A stretch of 64,000 nt of DNA from an uncultured Ignavibacteria bacterium. Its GTDB lineage: Bacteria; Zixibacteria; MSB-5A5; SM1-73. The notes beneath the pieces are model-generated. The model did not search any database and was not told the origin of the DNA. It was given only the letters and a program-made list of their open reading frames with translations. Positions 53,598 through 63,829 of this stretch are shown here, piece by piece (position 1 is the first letter of the stretch; each line of letters opens with the position of its first letter). The position numbers and the translations under genes are program-made. The DNA lies in contig CAZPOP010000004.1 of NCBI GenBank assembly GCA_964588305.1, positions 26,470 through 90,469 of the forward strand. The letters run 5' to 3'.

Positions 53598-54162
53598 TCT
53601 GGGCTCCTGTCACACAATTACGGACGTCGCCTCCGGCGCCATCTTCCGTGAAGCACTTGTGTTGTGGGGTAGGGTACCCCGCAACAACGGTTAAGAGCGT
53701 AGATCTTTTCGTGTCCTACGGATTCACATTCGGATATTTCGGCATATGCCTTGTACGGGCAAGCCTTCTCTGCCAGAGCCGCCCGCGTGGCGGACGGGCA
53801 GGAATGGACCTTCGGCGGAAGATTCACGCATTTCACTTCAGAAATCCAACGACTGCAGAATGCCACTGGTGGAACTGAAGTTCCACCAGTGCACTCTCTT
53901 CCAAAATATATGATTGCTGAAACTGTTTGTCAAACAATATGTTGAGGGCGGCATAGGTTATGAGTGCTTGGGGGAATTGGGAGTTGATTCTTGCAGGGAT
54001 TCCCGGCCAACAGAGAAACTCCGCTTTACGCGAGGATAATGGAACCACGAGACATTCTTACAACTAGTGACGCTTCCGTGGAGAATAGGAGAAGTGGGTT
54101 CCTGCAAACGGGAGGTATTTTCTTTGTATTCTAAGATTTTCTATCTATTGTCGAGCATAGAA

Positions 54163-56655
54163 CTATATGCGGATGCTACGGGTGACCACGAAACTAGAGA
54201 TAAACTCCCGGAGAGTCCTCTCGATCTCCTCTGAGTCCTGATACCTCTCCTCCGGATTCTTGGCCATAGCTCTTGAGATTATTCGATCAAAGACCACGGG
54301 GGTTTTTTCATCAAGGGCGGAAGGTGAAGTAGGAGTGTTGTTCAATATGTTATACATGAGAGAGCTGATACTTTCTCCCTTGAATGGTTTGTCTCCGGTC
54401 AGAAATTCATAAATTACCACTCCTAATGAGAAAATATCTGAACGTTTATCTGCCGGTCTTCCTTCCAGTTGCTCCGGAGAGATGTAATGAGGCGTTCCTA
54501 AGGCCACGTTACTTTTCGTCATGGAGGACGTCGCCAGCCTGGCAATCCCGAAGTCCATTACCTTCACTGCGAAATCCTCCAAGAGCATGATGTTGGCCGG
54601 TTTGATGTCCCGGTGCACGATTCCCTTTTGATGTGCGTAATTTAAAGCCGCACAAACCTGCATGATGATTTTGGCTACGATTCTGTAATTCAGCTCCTTC
54701 TTTTTCTTGATGAAGCTCTCCAAAGTGTAACCGGAAAGATACTCCATGGCGATATATTGCAGCCCCTCCTCTTCGCCTACATCATAGATGGTGACTATAT
54801 TGGGATGAGACAATTTTCCAGCCGCTTTTGCCTCGCGGACCAATCTCTCTTTCAGTTCAGAAACTTCATCAGCTGAAACGGCGAAATCCAATCTGATAGT
54901 TTTAAGAGCCACCAGTCTGTCCAGGGCAGGGTCCAAACCTTTATACACCGTCCCCATCCCCCCTTTTCCGATAAGCTCCAGAATCTTGTAGCGACCAAAT
55001 TGAGTCAAGGAGAGATGATCCGTGGATTTCTTCGGAATATCCTTGGGTGTTTCCTCCGATGGCGATCCAGTTGCCTGTGGTCCTGGCGAAGGAGTGGCAG
55101 GCGTGGACACAGTCGAGACTTCTTCTCCAGCCTGTATATCCGGAATCCTCTCAGGAGTCCGTTCTGGAACTGGGGGAGTGCCCTTTTGGGCTAGCGGAGA
55201 GCCAGGTGGGGTTGACATAACCATGGTCTTTTCTTCAGTGCCGATCTTCTCGGATGCCGATTCGTCGGCCGGCTCAGCTGAGTCCGGTGGAGGCTCTCCC
55301 GAGTTAGGAGTTCCCGGGACTGCCCTGGTCTGGACTTTTTCTTTGAGTTCTTTATGTTGTTTTTCCGGTATTGTGTGATCCCATTCCGTCTTGTCTTCCG
55401 GACGAATCTCTTCGGTGCCCGGCCATTCTTCTCTCTCTTCCTTTTGCGCTCTTTTGGGTTTGATGAGGGCAGCGACGGCCAGGAAAACTAAAAGCTCTGA
55501 AATGGGATAGAGGGGCTTGGTCAAAATGCCAAAAGAAGAGAACAGAATATAATTCAGATTAAACATGACGAACAAGAAGACCAAAAGGATGACTATCCTA
55601 TAAGTCAGGGACACCTTGGGCAAAACCAAAGCACAGAAGACTCCAATCATGATCAGAATCAGAAGATTCCACCCTGCGGAAAGCGGGCGTAATGAGTTAT
55701 GGCGGATGATGTTTTCGACTACGTTGGCGATCCTCTCTACCTCATTCAAAGCTCCATAAGAAGGAACCTTCACCCAGGTTTTGGATTCCACGGCAGTCAA
55801 GCCGACCAAGACTATCTTATCAGAGAAAGCCCTTGAGGCAGTCTCTCCATTCAGTATATCCAAAGCAGAGACGCGGTCGAAAGTCAGATTTGGGCCGTGG
55901 TAGTTTATCATCATCTGTTTCTTCCTGTCCGTGGGGATCAAACTACCTCCCAGGTTCAGACCTTCCTTGAGCAGCCCAACTTCTGTTCTGTCGATCCCCA
56001 AATACCGCCTGGCCGTCTGCAGAGCCAGTGAAGGATAGAGGTATCCATCATATTCGATCAATGTTGGCTCTCGTCGGATCTGGTTATCCGGGTCGTAAGT
56101 AATATTGATGTGCCCAAAGTCTGAAGCAGATCCAAGCAGAAGCTTGTCAGGGCAATATACTTGCTTAGCAGAAACCGAAACCTCCGGGTCAAGATCATTT
56201 ACTTGGGCTAACGCTGACCTCAGAACAGCTGGAGGGGAAGGAGTAGGGGACATCCCCACCTCCGATAGATTGAAGTATATGGGGAGGATCACATTTTCGG
56301 AATAATATACCTCATCGGCCAGAAGCTGCGTCCTTCCCGAGGTATCCTCGTCAATCTCCTCTCCAAGGAAAATGTCCAACACCAAAACCTTTGGAGACGC
56401 CTGGGAGATGGCAAATACCAATTGAGCCAGTCTGTCTCGTGACCAGGGCCACTTGCCGATCTGATCAAGCGTTTTTTCATCTATGCCCGCAATTATGATA
56501 TCCTCTTGCGGACTGATGCTTCCTCTTAGTTTGAACATCGCATCCTGCATCCGAAGATCAAGCCTCTCTAGGAAGCCGTACTTTCCTGCATAGAGCGAAA
56601 TCATCAGGATGGTGATCAAGACGTATAGTATGAACCCCGAAAACTTTCTTAACAT
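54163..56655 (-). CDS. CHASE2 sensor-domain membrane Ser/Thr protein kinase
   Basis: N-terminal CHASE2-like domain (GIDEKTLDQIGKWPWSRD), TM cluster, Pro/Ser/Thr-rich linker. C-terminal Hanks kinase (GKGGMGTVYKG, HRDIKPAN, DFG, SPE). Confidence 0.85.
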   Translation of the reverse strand: MLRKFSGFILYVLITILMISLYAGKYGFLERLDLRMQDAMFKLRGSISPQEDIIIAGIDEKTLDQIGKWPWSRDRLAQLVFAISQASPKVLVLDIFLGEEIDEDTSGRTQLLADEVYYSENVILPIYFNLSEVGMSPTPSPPAVLRSALAQVNDLDPEVSVSAKQVYCPDKLLLGSASDFGHINITYDPDNQIRREPTLIEYDGYLYPSLALQTARRYLGIDRTEVGLLKEGLNLGGSLIPTDRKKQMMINYHGPNLTFDRVSALDILNGETASRAFSDKIVLVGLTAVESKTWVKVPSYGALNEVERIANVVENIIRHNSLRPLSAGWNLLILIMIGVFCALVLPKVSLTYRIVILLVFLFVMFNLNYILFSSFGILTKPLYPISELLVFLAVAALIKPKRAQKEEREEWPGTEEIRPEDKTEWDHTIPEKQHKELKEKVQTRAVPGTPNSGEPPPDSAEPADESASEKIGTEEKTMVMSTPPGSPLAQKGTPPVPERTPERIPDIQAGEEVSTVSTPATPSPGPQATGSPSEETPKDIPKKSTDHLSLTQFGRYKILELIGKGGMGTVYKGLDPALDRLVALKTIRLDFAVSADEVSELKERLVREAKAAGKLSHPNIVTIYDVGEEEGLQYIAMEYLSGYTLESFIKKKKELNYRIVAKIIMQVCAALNYAHQKGIVHRDIKPANIMLLEDFAVKVMDFGIARLATSSMTKSNVALGTPHYISPEQLEGRPADKRSDIFSLGVVIYEFLTGDKPFKGESISSLMYNILNNTPTSPSALDEKTPVVFDRIISRAMAKNPEERYQDSEEIERTLREFISSFVVTRSIRI

Positions 56656-56745
56656 TCTTGATGTTGATTTGGGTTAAGAGGCAAATTCTCCGGCACCCAA
56701 CTTGACTCAGATGCTGGACATCCTACAAATCGAGCTGAACTCCTT

Positions 56746-57474
56746 TTACCTTCCGGAGGCCAACCGTTCAATCAGAAACGGGGGTAGCTCCCTTTTTTTC
56801 ATCTTTGCTTGGGTTTTCTTGTAATCGTAGGGGAGTCTTTTTAAAGCCGCCCTTTTTTGCTGGGCGTCATATACAAAATAGCAGGCTTCATTAGATCCGT
56901 CTCTGGGTTGCCCCACTGAACCTACATTTATGATATATCTAAATCCCTCCTCTATCACTACCTCGGGCTCACCGTGCAGAAAGCAGTGTTTGTCCTTGTA
57001 CTTTTCTATAATGACCGGATGGTGAGAATGACCTATAAGACAAACCTGTTTTTTGAAAAAGTTGAAATTCTCTTCGGCGTCATCCAGATCGAAGATATAA
57101 TTCCATTCCTGTGGTTCTTTGGGAGTTGAGTGGACTAAATAGAACTGATCAAACCTGTGATCCATTGAAAAGCCCGACAATATCCGTAAGCTCTTCTCAT
57201 TCAGAACCTCTTTGGTCCATTCCATGGCCCTCTGCGCATAGGGGTTGAAAAGATTGGTCTCTATCAAACCCAACCCTGCGTAGTCGTGGTTTCCCATTAA
57301 CTTTATCTCCGCAACGTCGTCGATTATGGAGGTGCATTCGTTTGGGTTGGGACCGTACCCCACCACATCTCCCAAAAAGAAAACCCTATCCAGCTTTTCC
57401 TTTTTGAAGTCCGCGACCGCCACCTTCAAAGCCTCGAGGTTGGCGTGAACGTCAGAAAAGAAACCATATCTCAT
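56746..57474 (-). CDS. Calcineurin-like metallophosphoesterase (possible partner phosphatase)
   Basis: SDVHAN, GDVVGYGP, GNHD and GHSH motifs. Confidence 0.75.
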   Translation of the reverse strand: MRYGFFSDVHANLEALKVAVADFKKEKLDRVFFLGDVVGYGPNPNECTSIIDDVAEIKLMGNHDYAGLGLIETNLFNPYAQRAMEWTKEVLNEKSLRILSGFSMDHRFDQFYLVHSTPKEPQEWNYIFDLDDAEENFNFFKKQVCLIGHSHHPVIIEKYKDKHCFLHGEPEVVIEEGFRYIINVGSVGQPRDGSNEACYFVYDAQQKRAALKRLPYDYKKTQAKMKKRELPPFLIERLASGR

Positions 57475-58166
57475 TTATTCTTCCCTTGAATGAACCGAAA
57501 AACAGATTTGCCTACCTCAACCAAGTCGTCATTTTTCAATTGACACCTTTGAACTTCCTCTCCATTAACTTTGGTCTTCCGCCTTCGCCCCAAATTCATC
57601 AGAAGAAAGTTGTCTTTCTGCTTGACTATTTTTGCCTGAATCTTGGGAATGAAAAACCCTTTGACTCTCACGTTCACATACTTTGATTTGCCAAAGGTGA
57701 CCACCGGCCTGTCCAGAGTGAGCGCCTTTATATTGGTGTTTTCCTCTCCCTGAAGGACCGAGCAACCAGCCTGGGCTATCATCTCTTTTTCTTTTTTATC
57801 CCTCTCCAATAGCTGTTTTTGTTTTTTGGTGCGCAGGACCATGGTGCCGTCCAACTCAGTCAACTTAACGTCCTTGGGAGTGTCTCGGTGATAGATCAAA
57901 TCGAATTTGCCAATGGTGATCCGGTCCTGGTCCTTTAACGTATCCTCCGTTATCTTCCGGTTGTTCACGAAGGTGCCGTTCAAACTCTCGTTATCGATTA
58001 TTAAGGCGGAATCATCACCGAATTCAATCTGCGCATGTTTTCTTGAAACCCCCTTATTGTCCAACACTATGTCGTTATCCGAGGTTCTCCCGACGCTGAT
58101 TCTCTTCTTTTGGGTCACGACTCTCTCTACCACCTTGTCGTCATACCTGACCACAATCTCCGGCAT
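57471..58166 (-). CDS. Protein with two FHA domains
   Basis: ISVGRTSDNDIVLDNKGVSRKHAQIEF...NGTFVNNRKI, plus a second FHA-like module at the C-terminus. Overlaps the phosphoesterase gene by 4 nt. Confidence 0.8.
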   Translation of the reverse strand: MPEIVVRYDDKVVERVVTQKKRISVGRTSDNDIVLDNKGVSRKHAQIEFGDDSALIIDNESLNGTFVNNRKITEDTLKDQDRITIGKFDLIYHRDTPKDVKLTELDGTMVLRTKKQKQLLERDKKEKEMIAQAGCSVLQGEENTNIKALTLDRPVVTFGKSKYVNVRVKGFFIPKIQAKIVKQKDNFLLMNLGRRRKTKVNGEEVQRCQLKNDDLVEVGKSVFRFIQGKNK

Positions 58167-58410
58167 TTTTGCCCCCTTTGTTTAGAATTGAAGATAGAAG
58201 GACAGCTTTCTTGATTTTGTCAACCTCTTTTATTGAAGTAACCTCATTAAACAACCCCAAGAAACAGAGGAACTTATCCCCGCCCGCTGGGGCCTTTTTT
58301 CACTTAATTATATTGTCGACACAAAAATCCAAAAACTTCATCTTAGTCGCCAAAGTAATCTTAAGCCTTAGGCCGACGTGTGAAAGGCTGGTTGAGTCCA
58401 AGACATTACG

Positions 58411-58440
58411 CAAAAAGGTCAGGATAATCTTCCCGACCTT
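58411..58440 (-). terminator. Candidate intrinsic terminator downstream of the lipoprotein gene
   Basis: Minus strand reads AAGGTCGGG-aagattat-CCTGACCTT followed by TTTGCG. Confidence 0.4.
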
Positions 58441-58579
58441 CTTTTGCCTATCAGATAGAGCAAGGACAAGCCGATTTACTTCTTGGATTTCTTTGTTGAC
58501 TTGGAATTCGCCGTTTTCTTTTTGCAGGGCATCCGTTCACCTCCCCTCGAGGAATGGCTTTCACGAAAGAAGTTGTCAC

Positions 58580-59155
58580 CTATTTCTTTTGCTTACCCAT
58601 GATGAGTTCGCTCAGCTCTTCGTTTTTGGCGATGATCTGCTGATATACCTCACCAGCTATTTCCTTAGCCACATCGAAGTTTCCACTGTCTAGCTCTTCT
58701 TGAGCCTCCTTCAATTGGCCCTCCCAGGTGGGTATTTGCTTGGACAGATCGGTCTTTGCCTTAGGGATTTTCCAATCTCCAGCTATTTTCTGTGTCCCTT
58801 TAAGCTGTTCCATAGCCTTTCGGGACTCGCTGATGGCATCTTCTGCGATCACCTTCACATCATCCTTGTTGATTGGGGCTTGGGAAGCAGCTGAGTCAGC
58901 CATTGCCTTGGCTTCTGTCAACAGTTTCTTGGCTTCCCGATAGTTTTTCTGGGCAATCAGGTTCTCGGCCTCCGTTATGGAGTTCCCCGCCTCAGCAAAA
59001 AGGTCTGATGCATATCTGTCTGCCTCCGCTTCTCTTGCCTTCTCCAGGGCATCCTTGGCAGCATTCAACTCCGTTTGCGGTTCGCCTGCGCACCCCAGCA
59101 TTACCAAAAAAAGAGCAAGGATAATCAGCTGGACGACTAAGATCTCCTTTTTCAT
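58580..59155 (-). CDS. Helical lipoprotein (DUF4398-like)
   Basis: Lipobox LVMLGC, then an Ala/Glu/Lys-rich helical sequence (AKDALEKAREAEADRYA...). Confidence 0.6.
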   Translation of the reverse strand: MKKEILVVQLIILALFLVMLGCAGEPQTELNAAKDALEKAREAEADRYASDLFAEAGNSITEAENLIAQKNYREAKKLLTEAKAMADSAASQAPINKDDVKVIAEDAISESRKAMEQLKGTQKIAGDWKIPKAKTDLSKQIPTWEGQLKEAQEELDSGNFDVAKEIAGEVYQQIIAKNEELSELIMGKQKK

Positions 59156-59427
59156 ATCAGCCCTTCACTCCTTTCTGTGCTTCTGGTTTTTGGGTTTATT
59201 TGGCTATTAGCTGGATACGAAATTTCGAAAGCCTGAAGCGCAAAACCTTCTGGGCATTCTTTTTGTTAACTGAACGCAGTTAAGCCTCCTTCGGATTTGG
59301 TTTTCAAAAAAGCCAATGGTCCAGCTATAACTTGGTCGGGCACCAATATATGAGCCTGACTGTTCTTGTCAAGAGAAATCTTTCAGCTTTTGAGGATACG
59401 TTTTCACGGTGGAGAAGATAACCCGGG

Positions 59428-60162
59428 TCATTTGTCGCCTTCGACTACCTGAAGTATCCCTTGATAACTTGAGGTTTTTCTGATATTCCTGAAACCCGCT
59501 CGTTTCACCTCATTCTCGAGACCATGCCTCAACATGTCTTTGCGGGTAGGCGTTTCGAAGTTGAGGGGAAGCCAATAGAAAAACCAGAATCCTATGAATA
59601 CACGAATGAAGAAATTCTTCGGGTGATCCACCTCCAAGACAATTACCCTTCCTTGTTCTTTCAATACCCGTTTTGCCTCTCTTAACGTATCCAATCGTTC
59701 CTCTTCTCTCGTTTCATGAAGAGCATGAGTGATGAACACCTTATCAAAATATGTGTCCTTGAAGCAGGTTTTGGTCACATCTCCTTCAATGAATTTAACG
59801 TTGTTGAAATTGACTCTCGTTGTTGCGAGCTTCTTGATTCGTCTTTGAGCGATCTTTATCTGGCCCCGAGAAAGGTCCATTCCAGTTATCTCCGTCCCAT
59901 CCCCTGCCTTTTCAGCTACAGCAAAAGTGGCACCGCCAGTGCCGCAGCACATATCAAGAATCTTATCCCCTTTTTTGAGGCTTATTGGCTCTATCAACCT
60001 CCGTCTGCACCTTTTCTCGCGCCCAAAAGGCAGAAAGCACCATTTCATGGCAAGGTTGTAATAACGAGATTGGATGTTGTCGTAAAACCACTTGTACGAT
60101 TTTCTGCTTAGTGCCGCTTCATTTGTGCTTTTGTTCACAATGCGACGATAGTATGACTTCAA
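59428..60162 (-). CDS. Class I SAM-dependent methyltransferase
   Basis: ILDMCCGTGG motif I. Hydrophobic C-terminal segment. Confidence 0.75.
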   Translation of the reverse strand: MKSYYRRIVNKSTNEAALSRKSYKWFYDNIQSRYYNLAMKWCFLPFGREKRCRRRLIEPISLKKGDKILDMCCGTGGATFAVAEKAGDGTEITGMDLSRGQIKIAQRRIKKLATTRVNFNNVKFIEGDVTKTCFKDTYFDKVFITHALHETREEERLDTLREAKRVLKEQGRVIVLEVDHPKNFFIRVFIGFWFFYWLPLNFETPTRKDMLRHGLENEVKRAGFRNIRKTSSYQGILQVVEGDK

Positions 60163-60409
60163 GTAATGTTGATATTCTTTTCAAAATAGGAATCGGAGTC
60201 TTTTTTGAAAAAATGCAGGCCCTAAATCGAACCTGGGCATTACTGATTTCACATAAATTTCGGAGCCATCCTTCGAAATCCCGCCTTTGGCGGGAGACGA
60301 AAGGAGAGGGCTTCGCTGTGCATCTGATCCACGGAATCAGTCCAGAGGGTCGACGGGGACTCGTCTGAGCCAGGCTGAGCCTTTGATCCGTTGGCATGAA
60401 CCATACGGT

Positions 60410-61294
60410 TCATGCCTCGGACTGTATCTTGCATGCTTTGACCGTATTGGAGAGGAGCATGGCGATGGTCATGGGGCCCACGCCGCCGGGCACGGGAGTG
60501 ATGGCTTTGGCCACCTCTTTGACCGAATCAAAATCCACGTCTCCCACCAGCCTGTATCCGGATTTCGTCGAAGGATCCTCTATCCTGTTGGTGCCCACAT
60601 CAATGACCACCACTCCCGGCTTGACCATGGCAGCGGTTACGAATTTAGCCTTTCCCATAGCCGCAATGAGGATATCGGCCTGCAGGGTCAGATTGGTCAA
60701 GTTCCTTGTGGCAGTATGACAGATAGTCACCGTGGCATTCGCCCCTTTTGACTTCTGGAACAGCATGGAAGCAAGGGGTCTTCCCACCAGGCTGCCTCTG
60801 CCTAAAATGACCACATGCTTACCGGAAGGATCATTTCCCGATCTCATCAGAAGCTCCTGAATGCCCAACGGGGTACAGGGCAGAAAGGTCGGTTTTCCGG
60901 CCAACATCATTCCTACGTTGAAAGGATGAAATCCATCCACGTCCTTCTTGGGATCAACAGCTAGAATGACCTTCTCTTCGCTTATCTGGGCCGGAGTGGG
61001 AAACTGCACCAATATCCCGTGAATGCTCTCCTTGCCATTGAGTTCCTCGATCCTGTTGAGAAGATCGGACTCGGGCAATTCCTTGGGGTACCGGTCAACC
61101 TCAGAACGAATTCCAACCTTATCACAGGCTTTTACCTTCATGTTCACGTAAACCTGGGATGCCGGATTGTCGCCCACCAATATGGCGGCCAGCCCAGGGA
61201 CGATTTCTTTCCTCTTGAGATCTTCCAGTTTTTCCTTAAGACTCTCTTTGATTTCGGATGAGATCATCTTCCCATCGATTATTTCGGCAGGCAT
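60410..61294 (-). CDS. folD: Bifunctional methylene-THF dehydrogenase / methenyl-THF cyclohydrolase
   Basis: GDNPASQVYV, ILGRGSLVGRP and PGGVGPMT motifs. Confidence 0.93.
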   Translation of the reverse strand: MPAEIIDGKMISSEIKESLKEKLEDLKRKEIVPGLAAILVGDNPASQVYVNMKVKACDKVGIRSEVDRYPKELPESDLLNRIEELNGKESIHGILVQFPTPAQISEEKVILAVDPKKDVDGFHPFNVGMMLAGKPTFLPCTPLGIQELLMRSGNDPSGKHVVILGRGSLVGRPLASMLFQKSKGANATVTICHTATRNLTNLTLQADILIAAMGKAKFVTAAMVKPGVVVIDVGTNRIEDPSTKSGYRLVGDVDFDSVKEVAKAITPVPGGVGPMTIAMLLSNTVKACKIQSEA

Positions 61295-61349
61295 TTTCTG
61301 TCCCCTTGAATAGAAATGGGGAGGAGATGAACTCCTCCCTTACTTATGT

Positions 61350-62162
61350 CTAGTTGTCTCTGCCATTATCGTCTTCGGAGGGTGGCAGATCTATCTTGAC
61401 TCTTTCGATGCTCAGGGCTTTGCCGGAGTCCGGGTCGATCTTGACCAACGCCGCGGAAAACTTGACGTCAGTTTTGGCTACTGTGAACCTTCTGGGAATT
61501 TGAGTTAGGAAGCGGCCGATAGCATCTTCCTTGATTATCCCGATTACTGAGTTATGAGGACCGGTCATACCCACATCGGTGATGTAAGCAGTTCCTTGGG
61601 GAAGAATGACCTCGTCTGCAGTTTGCACGTGGGTGTGAGTCCCCAGGACCGCAGAGACCCTTCCGTCCAGGTACCATCCCAAGGCCACTTTCTCCGAAGT
61701 AGCTTCAGCATGCAGGTCCACGATAATGACCTTGGTTTCCCGTCTGAGCTTTTCTATCTCTTTATCTGCCGTCCTGAAGGGACAATCGATCTCCTTGACA
61801 TAAACTCTGCCCTGAATGTTCAGAACTCCGATTCTGGAATTATCGGTTAGATCAAAAACAGCTGCTCCTCTTCCCGGGGCATCCGGGGGATAGTTGGCCG
61901 GTCTCAAGATACGCAAGGTCTCGTTTAAGTAAGGGTAGATATCCTTTCGATCCCAGATGTGATTTCCACTGGTCAGGCAGTCCACCCCGTAATGGCGAAT
62001 TTTCTGCGCAATCTCCTTGGTCAAGCCAAATCCTCCAGCAGCATTTTCTGCGTTGGCGATTGTGAAATCGACCTGGTGGGTTCTTTTAAACTCCGGCAGG
62101 ATCTGAGAAACCGCCCACCTTCCAGGCTTGCCCATTATGTCCGCAATCAATAGGATATTCAA
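61350..62162 (-). CDS. ymdB: YmdB-type (TIGR00282) metallophosphoesterase
   Basis: ILLIADIMGKPGR, NAENAAGG and GNHIWD motifs. Canonical position downstream of rny. Confidence 0.85.
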   Translation of the reverse strand: MNILLIADIMGKPGRWAVSQILPEFKRTHQVDFTIANAENAAGGFGLTKEIAQKIRHYGVDCLTSGNHIWDRKDIYPYLNETLRILRPANYPPDAPGRGAAVFDLTDNSRIGVLNIQGRVYVKEIDCPFRTADKEIEKLRRETKVIIVDLHAEATSEKVALGWYLDGRVSAVLGTHTHVQTADEVILPQGTAYITDVGMTGPHNSVIGIIKEDAIGRFLTQIPRRFTVAKTDVKFSAALVKIDPDSGKALSIERVKIDLPPSEDDNGRDN

Positions 62163-62266
62163 ATCTCAACCCCAAGTTCTTGTTTTTGCATTTCTCTCAA
62201 TAGGGTTGCTGCCAGCCACCGCACAGGTGGTGCCTTTCGAGACCATTCATGTTTCACCTGAGGCGG

Positions 62267-63829
62267 TTATTTGGCATATTCTACCGCCCTGGTTTCCCTG
62301 ATTACGGTGACCTTGATTTGACCCGGATACTCCAGTTCTGCCTCGATCTTTCTGGCAATCTCGTCGGCCAGCTCCCCTGCTCCCCTATCATCGATATGCT
62401 CGTGCTCCACTATGATTCTGATCTCTCTCCCGGCCTGAATGGCATACGATTTAGCCACACCCTTTGAGGAATCAGCCAATTCCTCCAGTTTCTCCAGTCT
62501 TTTGATGTAACCTTCTAAGCTTTCTCTTCTGGCACCGGGTCTGGCACCGGAAATGGCATCTGCTGCCTGGACCAGAACGGAATAGGCAGATTCTTGGGGA
62601 ACGTCTTCATGATGAGCGGCGATAGCATTCAGGACAATGGGGTTTTCCCCGTATTTCTGTGCTACACTATAGCCTATTTGGCTGTGGGTTCCTTCGGTTT
62701 CACGATCCACTGCCTTCCCGATATCGTGCAAAAGCCCGGCCCGTTTTGCCAAATTTGCGTCCAGACCCAACTCCGCGGCCATCAGGCCGCAAAGATATGC
62801 CACTTCCTTGGCATGCTGCAGAACGTTCTGTCCGTAACTGGTTCTAAACTGCAGTTTTCCCAAAAGCTTAATCATCTCCGGATGAATCCCGTGTATTCCC
62901 ACGTCAAAACAGGTCTGTTCTCCGGTCTCCCGTATGATGACCTCCATCTCCTTTTCGCATTTGACCACCACCTCTTCGATCCGAGCGGGATGAATTCTGC
63001 CGTCCACAATCAGTTTCTCCAAAGACATGCGGGCGATCTCTCTTCTCACCGGGTCGTAACCGGATAATATGACCGCCTCGGGGGTATCGTCCACAATCAC
63101 ATCAATGCCGGTCGCCGTTTCGAAGGAACGAATGTTTCTTCCCTCCCTTCCGATGATCCTTCCCTTCATCTCTTCATTGGGGAGATTAACCACGGAGACG
63201 GTAGATTCCACAGTGTGATCCGCAGCGCATCTCTGAACCGCAGAGATGATGATATTTTTTGCCTCCCTCTCCGCAGTCTGTTCAGCCTGCTCCTTGATCT
63301 CCTTTATGAGCTGAGCGGCGTCCTGTTTGGCTTGACTCTCCAGATTTTCCATCAAGAGTTTTTTAGCCTCATCCGTGGTCATCTGGGCAATCTTTTCCAG
63401 CTGCTTGTTCTGCTCAGCAATCAATCGCCTGAGCTCGTCATCTTTTGCCCTTGAGGCTTTGTCTCGAGCGTAGAGGACCTTTTCTTTGTTTTGATTTTCC
63501 CTCTCTTTTCGGTTCAGAATATCGACCTTTCGGTCCAGATTTGACTCCCTGTCAGAAAGCTTTTTCTCCAACCTCTGAATCTCTAGTTTCTTAGTTTGCG
63601 TCTGCCGGTCAAAATTAACCTTGGCTTTGTACCATTCATCTTTGGCTTCCAAAATGGCTTCTTTTTTCTTAATCTCCGCTTCCTTGGCTGCCTCCTGCAG
63701 AATCTTTTTTGCTAACTCATCAGCCCTGCCCAGTTTTGCCTCTCCGATCTTTCTGCTGACAAACCACCCCAAAAAGAAGAATAGGAGTGCAGATCCGAAA
63801 GCGATGGCGATAATCACTATGCTGTTCAT
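62267..63829 (-). CDS. rny: Ribonuclease Y
   Basis: N-terminal TM helix, coiled coil, KH domain and HD domain (LLHDIGKA). ATG 63829 preceded by AAGGAGG; the longer 63901 start is rejected. Confidence 0.93.
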   Translation of the reverse strand: MNSIVIIAIAFGSALLFFFLGWFVSRKIGEAKLGRADELAKKILQEAAKEAEIKKKEAILEAKDEWYKAKVNFDRQTQTKKLEIQRLEKKLSDRESNLDRKVDILNRKERENQNKEKVLYARDKASRAKDDELRRLIAEQNKQLEKIAQMTTDEAKKLLMENLESQAKQDAAQLIKEIKEQAEQTAEREAKNIIISAVQRCAADHTVESTVSVVNLPNEEMKGRIIGREGRNIRSFETATGIDVIVDDTPEAVILSGYDPVRREIARMSLEKLIVDGRIHPARIEEVVVKCEKEMEVIIRETGEQTCFDVGIHGIHPEMIKLLGKLQFRTSYGQNVLQHAKEVAYLCGLMAAELGLDANLAKRAGLLHDIGKAVDRETEGTHSQIGYSVAQKYGENPIVLNAIAAHHEDVPQESAYSVLVQAADAISGARPGARRESLEGYIKRLEKLEELADSSKGVAKSYAIQAGREIRIIVEHEHIDDRGAGELADEIARKIEAELEYPGQIKVTVIRETRAVEYAK

